Origin: Candidatus Brocadiaceae bacterium
Lineage (GTDB): Bacteria > Planctomycetota > Brocadiia > SM23-32
Length of the DNA: 64,000 nt
Direction of reading: 5' to 3'
NCBI GenBank assembly: GCA_003551305.1
Contig: PUMJ01000017.1
Span: 3,232 to 67,231, forward strand
Within the stretch, counting starts at the first letter, position 1. Every line of letters begins with the position of its first letter. This document shows, piece by piece, positions 1-8,121 of this stretch. The notes below the pieces were generated by a model. The model saw only the letters and a list, made by a program, of their open reading frames with translations. It was not told the origin of the DNA and made no database searches. Position numbers and translations under genes: made by a program.

Positions 1-167
1 CCGGCGGCCACGTCCAGGCGGCCCAGCGCGGCGCTCGCCTCATCGTGCAGTTCGGCCAGCCGCCCCTCCATCGCAAGAGGCGGGTCCGCCGGCGGCAGTG
101 GCCTCGGGATGAACGCCCGCACCCGCTCTCCGCCGACCTCGATATCCCTGTGAGCGCCCGTAATGCG
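1..167 (-). CDS. Fic/DOC family protein, N-terminal fragment (gene continues off window)
   Basis: Reverse translation from ATG at 167 gives MARITGAHRDIEVGGERVRAFIPRPLPPADPPLAMEGRLAELHDEASAALGRLDVAA. The xAFIPxPLPP...ALGRLDG pattern is the typical Fic N-terminal domain. AGGAGA SD-like sequence upstream. Too short to appear in the ORF track. Confidence 0.45.
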
Positions 168-461
168 TGCCATCGTTCGTAAAGTTCTCCTTACCAATCA
201 AGGCTGCTATCAAAGCAATCTTACATAACGCGCCCGGTTAATCAAGTGCGCTTTACTAACGCGCGCCTCCCGCCGGTGCTCTTGCGGCGCTCCGGGCCGC
301 CCGCGGCCCCGTTGAGCCCCCGGGAAGAGCGCCTTCCGGCGGATGGGTGCCGTGTCCGTGCAAAGCGGCCGGGACACGCTGGACTTAGGCCGGCGGGATT
401 GCTTATGATAGAGGCGCTGGAGAGGCCGGCCGGTATCTGTAGGAACCAGGGAGGCGGCAAG

Positions 462-1844
462 ATGTTCCGTAAAGTGGTTTTTCTATCCATATGTGCATGC
501 GCCCTGCTGCCCGGGTGCGAGAGACGCGAGCCCGAAGAGCCCGAACCCCGCCAGGTGGTCCGGGTGCCGCAGGAGCGCCCCCAGGTCCCGCCGGGGATGA
601 CGCCCATCCGCGAGGGGGCCTCCGTTTTCATCTCCGAAAGCCCCGTCACCGTCGGCGAGTACGTCGAGTACCTGCGGGCCACCGACCAGGGCGTGCCGAG
701 CCGGTGGCGCGGGGTCGAACCGGGCACCCCGGGAGCCCGCGCCCCCGTGACCGGGCTGAGCCGGCAGGAGGCCGAGTTCTACGCCCTCTACCGCCGCCAG
801 CGCTTGCCCACGGCCACCGAGTGGCGGGTCGCCGGCGCCGTTGTCGGCGCGCGCCCGTATCCGTGGGACGACGGTGAGCCCGCCGCGCCGGACGCCGAAC
901 TCTTCCTGGCCCAGGACTGGGTGCCCGGAACCGAAGCGGAGGAGGAGGCCCACCGGCGAGCGGCCGCACTGCCCGACCTGCTGCTGGCGCACCACCAGGA
1001 GGAGCTGGACGAGTCGCGCGCCGCCCTGGAGCAACTCGTCGAGGAGCACGAAGCGCAGACCGCCCGCCTGTGGGAGGAACTCAGGCCGGCTTTCTTTGCG
1101 ATGATTGACCGGCAGCGCGAACTGGCCCGCCACTCGGCCCGGCAGGAACGCCGCCTGGACAGCCTGGAGGTCGTCGAGAGCCTTTTCAGGGCCAAGCGCG
1201 AGATGGTCGCGCAACTGCCGCCCGTGGTTGATGATCTCAGCCCGGAGGAAGCCGACCGAGCGGTCCAGCGCTATGACGACCTGCTGGCCGAGACGCTGGA
1301 GGGCGTCCAGCAGGTCGAGGAGCGACTGGGCGAGGACATCCGCGAACTGCAGGAACAGGTCGTGGCGCTGACCCGGCGTTTCGAGCAGCACGGCGAGGGG
1401 CTGCTGCGGACGGGCACCGAGGAGGCCCGCCGCTTCCTGGCCGAACTCGACCAGGAGGCCGAATCCGTGCTGGAGGCTGTCCGGCGCAAGAGCCGCCTGC
1501 AGGAGGTGAAAGAGGAGCTCAGGGCCGTCGAACCCGGCCTGGAGGGGATGCCCTCGCTGGAGCAGGTCCGCCGCAGGACCGCCGAGCTGGAGGGCCGCCT
1601 CGACGACCTGACCGAAGACCCCCGGATACAGGAACGGATCGAGGAGGTGCAGGACGGCCTGCGCAGCATCGGTGAGGCGATCGGCCGGGAGTTCACCCGC
1701 GAGGAGGCCGTCTTCGAGCAGTTGCCCCCGCTGGTGGAACTGCGCGCCCGCAAGGAGGGCGCCCGCGCCGCTGCGCAGACCCTGCGCGAGGCGTTAGGGC
1801 CGGCCGCCGAGCCACAGCAAGCGCCCCAAGAGCAATCCGCATAA
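462..1844 (+). CDS. Lipoprotein with a truncated FGE-sulfatase (SUMF1-like) domain and a long C-terminal coiled-coil
   Basis: ATG at 462 preceded by AGGAACCAGGGAGG. Signal peptide plus lipobox (LLPGC). Segment PVTGLSRQEAEFYALYRRQRLPTATEWRVAGAVVGARPYPWDD matches the FGE motif PVVxVSWxDAxAYCxWxGxRLPTEAEWExAARGGxxYPWG, but the C-terminal catalytic half is absent. The remaining ~300 aa are E/L/R-rich heptad-like sequence. Confidence 0.55.
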   Translation: MFRKVVFLSICACALLPGCERREPEEPEPRQVVRVPQERPQVPPGMTPIREGASVFISESPVTVGEYVEYLRATDQGVPSRWRGVEPGTPGARAPVTGLSRQEAEFYALYRRQRLPTATEWRVAGAVVGARPYPWDDGEPAAPDAELFLAQDWVPGTEAEEEAHRRAAALPDLLLAHHQEELDESRAALEQLVEEHEAQTARLWEELRPAFFAMIDRQRELARHSARQERRLDSLEVVESLFRAKREMVAQLPPVVDDLSPEEADRAVQRYDDLLAETLEGVQQVEERLGEDIRELQEQVVALTRRFEQHGEGLLRTGTEEARRFLAELDQEAESVLEAVRRKSRLQEVKEELRAVEPGLEGMPSLEQVRRRTAELEGRLDDLTEDPRIQERIEEVQDGLRSIGEAIGREFTREEAVFEQLPPLVELRARKEGARAAAQTLREALGPAAEPQQAPQEQSA

Positions 1845-1874
1845 CGACCCTTCGACGACTCAAACCTCGCGAGA

Positions 1875-2735
1875 ATGCCCATGGGTCCGATGGAAGCGAT
1901 CCTGCTGGGAGCCCTGCAAGGAGTCACCGAGTTTGTGCCCGTCAGCAGTTCGGGCCACCTGGTTTTCGCCCAGCACCTGCTCGGAGTGGACCAGCCGGGC
2001 ATCACGCTGGAGATCTGCGTTCACTTCGGCACACTGCTGGCCATCCTGGTGGTCTTTGCCCGCCCCCTGTGGGAGACGGCGCGCGACGGGGTCCTCGGCG
2101 CGCGCCTCGTGCTGCGGGGAGAACGGGACCTGATAGCGGAGCAAACGCCCCTTTTCCCCACGGCCGTGGCCGTCGTGGTCGGCACCCTGCCGGTCGCGTT
2201 CGCGGGCGTGCTGCTGGGCCACCAGGTCGAGCGCCTCTTCGCCAGCATGGTCGGCGCCGGCGCCTTCCTGTGCGTGACGGGTCTTGTGCTGGCCGCATCC
2301 CGCCTGGCCGCGCCGGGGGAGAACACGGAGGTCGGCGTTGCCCGCGGGGCGCTCATCGGGGTGGCGCAGGCGTTCGCTCTCCTGCCGGGCATCAGCCGTT
2401 CCGGCATCACCATCGTCGCCGCCCGATTCACGGGTCTGGACGGGGACCGCGCGGCGCGCTTCTCTTTCGTGCTGGCCGCCCCGGCCCTGCTGGGCGCTTC
2501 GGTATGGGAACTGATGCAGGCGATGAATCGGGCCGGCTCTGCCGGCAGCATCGGCGACCCCGAACTCGCCACCTTTCCTCTTGTGCTGGCCACCGTGGTC
2601 GCGGCCGTGGTGGGGTATGCGAGCCTGCGCGCGCTGCTGCGTATCGTGCGCCGGGGTCGGCTCCACTGGATTGCCCTCTACTGCCTGCCCGTCGGGCTTT
2701 TCATGATAGCGGTGGGGGGCATGGGCGGTGGCTGA
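1875..2735 (+). CDS. uppP: Undecaprenyl-diphosphatase UppP (BacA)
   Basis: VSSSGHL motif near the N-terminus, polytopic membrane protein ~286 aa with the SRSGxT motif. Confidence 0.85.
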   Translation: MPMGPMEAILLGALQGVTEFVPVSSSGHLVFAQHLLGVDQPGITLEICVHFGTLLAILVVFARPLWETARDGVLGARLVLRGERDLIAEQTPLFPTAVAVVVGTLPVAFAGVLLGHQVERLFASMVGAGAFLCVTGLVLAASRLAAPGENTEVGVARGALIGVAQAFALLPGISRSGITIVAARFTGLDGDRAARFSFVLAAPALLGASVWELMQAMNRAGSAGSIGDPELATFPLVLATVVAAVVGYASLRALLRIVRRGRLHWIALYCLPVGLFMIAVGGMGGG

Positions 2736-3474
2736 GAAAGAGGCCGGCCGCGACGGCGGGCAGCTACTGCACGAACGCGGCTACTACGCCGAGTCCCGCT
2801 CTTTCGCGCTGAGCATCGTCAGTATCCTGCCCATCGTCGTGCTCTACCACGTCGGCATTGTGCAGAGCGGCTACCCGGTGCGCAACCTGGCGCAGGTCTG
2901 GATGGAGGGGCCGCTGCACCTGGTGGGGCTGCGCGCCGCGCACGTGCTGAACATAGCTCTCATCATCGCCCTGGTGGCCGTGCTGCTGCGCAGCGACCTG
3001 AAGGGTTCGGTCGGGCTCATGACCGTGGTCGTGATGGTGGCCGAGAGCGCCTTCTATGCGCTGGCGCTGTTCAAAGGCGGGGCCGTCATCACCTCACTGC
3101 TGCACGAGCAGGCCGCCGAAGTCATCTTCGCCGTGAACTTCAACCTGGAGTCGGCGGCCCCGCTTTTGCTTGCTCTGGGGGCGGGGGTTTACGAGGAGTT
3201 GCTGTTCCGGCTGGTGCTGCTGGGCGGCGGCACGCTGCTGCTGCACCGGGTCTTCTGCTGGAACCGCGAGCTGAGCGCCGTGCTGGCCCTGCTCGTCTCG
3301 GCGGTGCTCTTTGCCGCCGCCCATCACGTCGGGCCGGCCGGTGAGGCGTTCACCACCTACAACTTCCTTTTTCGCGCCGTCGCCGGGGTCCTGCTCGGGC
3401 TCATCTACCTGCTGCGTGGTTTCGGCGTGACCGTCTGGACGCACGCCCTCTACAACGCCATGGTGGTGTTGTAG
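2728..3474 (+). CDS. CPBP family intramembrane glutamic endopeptidase (CAAX protease / Abi family)
   Basis: EELLFRLVLLGG, FAAAHH and HALYNAMVV motifs in a multi-TM protein. GTG start overlapping the uppP end by 8 nt. Confidence 0.7.
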   Translation: MAEKEAGRDGGQLLHERGYYAESRSFALSIVSILPIVVLYHVGIVQSGYPVRNLAQVWMEGPLHLVGLRAAHVLNIALIIALVAVLLRSDLKGSVGLMTVVVMVAESAFYALALFKGGAVITSLLHEQAAEVIFAVNFNLESAAPLLLALGAGVYEELLFRLVLLGGGTLLLHRVFCWNRELSAVLALLVSAVLFAAAHHVGPAGEAFTTYNFLFRAVAGVLLGLIYLLRGFGVTVWTHALYNAMVVL

Positions 3475-3553
3475 GGGCGGCGCTTTCTATAGCGAGCAGC
3501 ATTGGGGAGGCGCCCCGCACCCGGGACCACCCCGCAACGCCGGGAGAGCGCGT

Positions 3554-4534
3554 TCAATCCGCGCCCGCGCCGACCGCTTCGGCAGGCTGTCCGGCGTCCT
3601 GCCTGCGTTCGGCCTGAGGCTCGGCCCCGGTGAGGGCCTCGATGACCTCGCTGCTTCCGTCGATAGCCAGCAACTTACCGGATTTCGCGACCACGCCGCC
3701 CTCTTCGTCAAGGACCACCCGGACGACGCCGAGAAGCTGCCGCCTGTCGGGGTCAATGGCGTGGGGATTCCCGCCGGTCTGGGCGATAAGCACGCCGTTG
3801 ACGTTTCTGGCGGGGTCTATGTGGCTGTGAGAGTGGCCGCCCACAATCACGTCCACTTCGCCGAACCGGGCGGCCAGCAGGAGGTCGGCCCCCAGGCCCA
3901 CGTGCGTCAGCAGCACAAAGAGGTTGTGTTCCTCGGCGAGGTGCAGGTGGTCTTCGACGGCCTGCGCGGGGCTCGTCAGTCCAATGCCCTCCCGCTGGCC
4001 GTAGCCCCCTCCCGTCAGGCCCAGCACGGCGACCGTCCAGCCTTCGGCGGTCTCCATGATAGTGTAGGGCTCCGGCGGGTCCAGTTTGTCGGTGCTCACC
4101 TCCACGTTGGCCCCGAGCAGGGGGAACTCGGCCAGGCGCAGACTGTCGCGCGTGATGGTGCCGTGGTAGGCGATTTCGTGGTTGCCGAGCGTGGCGGCGT
4201 CGTATCCGACCTGGTTCATCGTCTCGATCATGAACCGGGAGCGTTCACGGTAGAACTCCAGGTCATCCGTCGGCCAGCGGTGCCGATGCCGCACGAAGAT
4301 GTCCCCCGCATCGAGCAGCAGCACGTTGGGGTAGTTCTCCCGGAAATGCGCGACGACTTCCTCGAAGTCCTCACGGTGATTGAAGTCGAAGTGCAGGTCG
4401 TTGGTGTGCAGTATGACGATCTCGGTGTGCGCCTCCGGCGCATCGGATGTGGCGCGAACTGCCGAGGGCGCCGCCGTCAGCAAAAAACAGAACAGGATGC
4501 CAACGACCGCCAGGCATCTCTTGTGAAACCGCAT
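3554..4534 (-). CDS. Secreted calcineurin-like metallophosphoesterase (UshA/YfkN N-domain-like)
   Basis: ATG at 4534 preceded by GGAGGT. Signal peptide; LHTNDLHFDF, LLLDAGDIF and LGNHE motifs. No C-terminal 5'-nucleotidase domain. Confidence 0.6.
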   Translation of the reverse strand: MRFHKRCLAVVGILFCFLLTAAPSAVRATSDAPEAHTEIVILHTNDLHFDFNHREDFEEVVAHFRENYPNVLLLDAGDIFVRHRHRWPTDDLEFYRERSRFMIETMNQVGYDAATLGNHEIAYHGTITRDSLRLAEFPLLGANVEVSTDKLDPPEPYTIMETAEGWTVAVLGLTGGGYGQREGIGLTSPAQAVEDHLHLAEEHNLFVLLTHVGLGADLLLAARFGEVDVIVGGHSHSHIDPARNVNGVLIAQTGGNPHAIDPDRRQLLGVVRVVLDEEGGVVAKSGKLLAIDGSSEVIEALTGAEPQAERRQDAGQPAEAVGAGAD

Positions 4535-4649
4535 ACCTCTACCTCCGCACAACAGGATACTCGTCCGCGCGTGGCGCTCCTCCGGGGGGCATGGTAACGG
4601 CCGGCCAAGGCGGGGGCAAGAAACACGCCGCCGCCCCGGGCTCCCCTAT

Positions 4650-6002
4650 TCAACGGTTCTCTGCCTTCTCAGCGCCTTCCAGGCTCGCCCGTTCCGGCCC
4701 GGGGTCTGTGGCCGCCGCCTCGCGGTAGAGGGCAGCGGTGGCCCGGGCGGCCTTGCCGGCGGCAAAGCGGACCCGGGCGGTCCGGCGGGCCGCGCGGCTC
4801 AGGCGCTCGGTCTCCTGCCGGTTGTCGCGCAGGCGGGCCAGCGTCCGGGCCAGGGCTTGCGGATCGTCGGGCGGCACGAGGACGCCGGCGCCGCTGGTGC
4901 GCACCAGTTCGTCGAGGCAGGGTCTGCGCGGCGCCACCAGGGGCAGGCCGGCCTCCAGCGCCTCCAGCCACGCCATGGCCGTGGGCTCGTGCTGGCGGGA
5001 GGGGACGCAGAAAACATCGCAACCCCTCAGGAAGGCGGAGCGCGCCGCGGCGTCCGGATTGTCCAGCAGCTCGAGTCTGTCGCCGAGCCCCCGGTCGGTG
5101 AGCAGGCGGCGGCAGCTTTTCCAGTAGCCGCTGTAGTGGTGCGTCAACTGCCCGCCAACCGCCAGCACCGCGCGGAGGGCTCCGGGGGGTTCCTCCGAGG
5201 CCAGCCGGCAGAAGGCCTCACAGAGCAGGTCAAGTCCCTTTCGCGGGATAATGCGGGAGAAGAAGGCGATGCGGAAACTCCCGTCGGGCCGGGATGCTGT
5301 GCCCTCGGCGCGTCCGTCCAGCGGCAGGCCGGGGGGGACGATGTGAATCCGCTCGCGCGGCACGTCCAGGAACGTCGCCATCGTGTCGGCATAGCCGGGG
5401 AAGGAAGCGACGAAAGTATCCACGCTCCGGGCGTGCTCTCGCATGAGCGCCTGTGCCCGGCCCCGGTGAGGTTCGGGCAGGCGTCGGACGAAATCGTCCT
5501 CCCCCTGCAGGTTGCAGACAACCGGCACGTCGAGGCGGCTGCGCAGCCCGGGCAGGATACCGCTCAGCAGGGAGTTGGAGAGGTTCACCACGTCCCAGGG
5601 GCCGTTGCCGGCCAGGTAGTCCGTCAGCTTCTCCAGCTCCTTGCGCTGGCGGCCGTCCGGGCCGCGCAGCACTGAGACGGTCATCTCGCCCAGTTCTTCC
5701 GGCCGGGTCTCGACACCGAGACGCGACACGGCCCGCAGCAGCAGGGGCGCGTCGAGCAAGGCATCCAGGGAGCGCGGAGTGCGCCGGAACAGGCTCAGGC
5801 GGTGCTGCAGATAAACGTTGATAGCGCCGTAGAAGACGCGGTGGGGGCCGGCGACGTGCCCGTCGGCACGGAGCGGGGTGTAGAGGGGGAAGACGACGGC
5901 GTCGCAGCCGGCCTCGCGCAGGGCCGCGCAGATGCGCACGTCACGGGCGCAGGCACCGCAATAGCTGCCGGCCGCCCCGGCGGCAATGTAGGCTATCCTC
6001 AT
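4650..6002 (-). CDS. Glycosyltransferase family 4
   Basis: GT-B fold and GT4-like C-terminal E-x7-E region (HEPTAMAWLEALEAGLPLV). ATG at 6002 preceded by GGAGGT; overlaps the upstream stop (ATGA). Confidence 0.7.
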   Translation of the reverse strand: MRIAYIAAGAAGSYCGACARDVRICAALREAGCDAVVFPLYTPLRADGHVAGPHRVFYGAINVYLQHRLSLFRRTPRSLDALLDAPLLLRAVSRLGVETRPEELGEMTVSVLRGPDGRQRKELEKLTDYLAGNGPWDVVNLSNSLLSGILPGLRSRLDVPVVCNLQGEDDFVRRLPEPHRGRAQALMREHARSVDTFVASFPGYADTMATFLDVPRERIHIVPPGLPLDGRAEGTASRPDGSFRIAFFSRIIPRKGLDLLCEAFCRLASEEPPGALRAVLAVGGQLTHHYSGYWKSCRRLLTDRGLGDRLELLDNPDAAARSAFLRGCDVFCVPSRQHEPTAMAWLEALEAGLPLVAPRRPCLDELVRTSGAGVLVPPDDPQALARTLARLRDNRQETERLSRAARRTARVRFAAGKAARATAALYREAAATDPGPERASLEGAEKAENR

Positions 6003-7999
6003 CCGGTTACCTCCTCCGGCTTGAAGGCGAGAGCGCCGGTGGGGCACGCCTCGGTGCAACGGGCCGTTGCACGGGTGAGCCCCTCTGAAAGCGGGCGGTC
6101 AAAGGGCACCCCTACGCGCGTGCCGAAGCCCCGGTTGCGGAACGCCATGCCCAGCTCCTCGTCCTCGGCGGCCGAGATGCGGACGCACAGCCCGCACGAG
6201 ATGCACTTGCCCGATTCGTAAACCAGTTCCGGGTGCCGGTCGTCGCGTTCGAACCCCCTCGACTCGCCGTCCAGGCGGTGCAGGTCGGCGCCGTACTCGG
6301 TGCCGTAGATGCGCAGTTTGCAGTTGTCGCGGGCGCGGCAATCGCAGTTCAGGCAGCGCCGGGCCTCTTGGCGCGCCGCTTCGGCGCACAGCCCCGGCCG
6401 CACTTCGCGGAAGTCCCCGCGGCGGCTCTCGGCGGGCAGTTTCTGTGGTTCCGCCCGGGGGGTTTCCGGGTAGCCGCGGCAGAGCTGCTCGAGCACCGCC
6501 GGCTCCACCCGCCCCATGCGCACGCAGAGCAGGTGTCGCTCGCCGACCACGGGCTCGCCCCGCAGGTACTGGTCCACGGACGCGGCGACCCCCACGGCGC
6601 CGGCGACGGCCCGAACCGACCACGTGGCCCCGAGGGTGACCTCACCGGCCGCGAAGACGTCCGGGGCGCCCCGGCAGCGCCCAGCATCGTCCACGCTCAG
6701 CGCACCTTCCTCGACCTCGAGCCCCCAGCGGGCCGGCCCTCGCACGTCCACCCGGCGGGACCCGGCGGCTATCACGCACTCCCCCACCAGGGTCATCTCC
6801 CCTCCGGGGCGGCGCACGGCGCACTCCACGGCGCCATCGTCCCGCTGCCGAAGACTTACCAGTTCGGCGTCTGTCTCAAAGGTCACCCCCTCTTCGGCGG
6901 CGTCCTGTGCGCCGGGCTGTCGCGTGAGGCGGGCCCGGGAGAGGCCACTCAGCAGCGTCACCGGCTGCGCGCCGAGACGAACGGCGGACCGCGCGGCGGC
7001 CAGCGCCTCCTGGCCGTCCCCCACCACGACGGCGCCCCCGGCCATGTCGGTGCGTCGGCCGGTGGCCACCTCCTCCAGGAATCGCAACGCCGGGATGGCC
7101 GCCTGCGCGCCCGGGCATCCGGGGGGGACGTCGGCCTGCGCGCCTGTTGCCAGCAGCACGGCGTCGTGACGGGCGCGCAGCTCTTCCAGCGTTACCTCCC
7201 GGCCCAGGGCGGTGTTGAGGTGGAACTCGGCTCCCATGCGGCGGATGACCTCCACCTCGTGCTCCAGCGCGTCGCGGGGCAACGCGTAGGCCGGCACGGC
7301 GTACCTGAACATGCCGCCCGGCTGCGGCCTGGCTTCGTAGAGGGCGCATGCGTGGCCCATGCTGAGCAGGGTATAGGCGGCGGAGAGCCCCGCCGGGCCG
7401 GCCCCGACTATGGCGACCCGGCGGCCCGTGGGCTCGGGGCGCTCGGGCAGCCACGCGGCTCCCTCCTGTTGCTCGCGGTCCGGCACGTGGCGCTTCATGG
7501 CGCAGATGGCGACGGGTTCGTCACGCTGCCCGCGGCGGCACGCGCGTTCGCAGTAGGCGGGGCAGATTCGCCCGAGGGCGCCCGGCAGGGGGATGCGGCG
7601 GCGGATGAGCCGCGCGGCGGCCTCGGGCCGTCCGGCCGCCACGTGGCGCAGGAAGCCCGGGATGTCCAGGCGGGCGGGGCAGGCCAGCGTGCAGGAAGCC
7701 TCGCAGTCGCCCGGGTGGTCGGAGAACAGCAACTCGAGCGCCATCCTGCGGGCGGCGCGGATTTCCGGGCTGTCCGTGGTGACCTCCATGCCGTCCTCGA
7801 CCCGAGCAACGCAGGAGGGCACCAGTCCGGGGCGGTCCCGGACGGCCACCACGCAGAGAAAGCATGAGCCGACCGGTTCGACCTCGTCCCTGTGACAGAG
7901 GGTGGGGATGTCGCGGCCCAGCCGGCGAGCGGCCTCCAGGATGGTGGTCCCTGCCGGCACGCTGAGGCGCTCACCGTCTATGGTTATCGTAAACGGCAT
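5999..7999 (-). CDS. Fe-S flavoprotein: N-terminal 2Fe-2S ferredoxin, GltD/NfnB-like NAD(P)H-FAD oxidoreductase core, C-terminal 4Fe-4S clusters
   Basis: Starts MPFTITIDGERL (ATG at 7999). CHRDEVEPVGSCFLC resembles the NuoG-N 2Fe-2S; CEASCTLACPARLDIP resembles the GltD 4Fe-4S; VAIVGAGPAGLSAAYTL is a dinucleotide-binding motif; C-terminal CISCGLC...CTEACPTGA cluster. The longer 8278 start in the ORF track overlaps the upstream gene and is rejected. Confidence 0.7.
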   Translation of the reverse strand: MPFTITIDGERLSVPAGTTILEAARRLGRDIPTLCHRDEVEPVGSCFLCVVAVRDRPGLVPSCVARVEDGMEVTTDSPEIRAARRMALELLFSDHPGDCEASCTLACPARLDIPGFLRHVAAGRPEAAARLIRRRIPLPGALGRICPAYCERACRRGQRDEPVAICAMKRHVPDREQQEGAAWLPERPEPTGRRVAIVGAGPAGLSAAYTLLSMGHACALYEARPQPGGMFRYAVPAYALPRDALEHEVEVIRRMGAEFHLNTALGREVTLEELRARHDAVLLATGAQADVPPGCPGAQAAIPALRFLEEVATGRRTDMAGGAVVVGDGQEALAAARSAVRLGAQPVTLLSGLSRARLTRQPGAQDAAEEGVTFETDAELVSLRQRDDGAVECAVRRPGGEMTLVGECVIAAGSRRVDVRGPARWGLEVEEGALSVDDAGRCRGAPDVFAAGEVTLGATWSVRAVAGAVGVAASVDQYLRGEPVVGERHLLCVRMGRVEPAVLEQLCRGYPETPRAEPQKLPAESRRGDFREVRPGLCAEAARQEARRCLNCDCRARDNCKLRIYGTEYGADLHRLDGESRGFERDDRHPELVYESGKCISCGLCVRISAAEDEELGMAFRNRGFGTRVGVPFDRPLSEGLTRATARCTEACPTGALAFKPEEVTG

Positions 8000-8121
8000 A
8001 TGTGGTGTCTCACCGAACTCTTGTGTTGCGTTCTCGCGGGACGCTTTTTCCCTGCGAATCGGTGTCTGCTGCGGGGCTGCGCCTCGCTGCGGCGGCGGTC
8101 CTTTTCGCTTGCTCCATCGGC

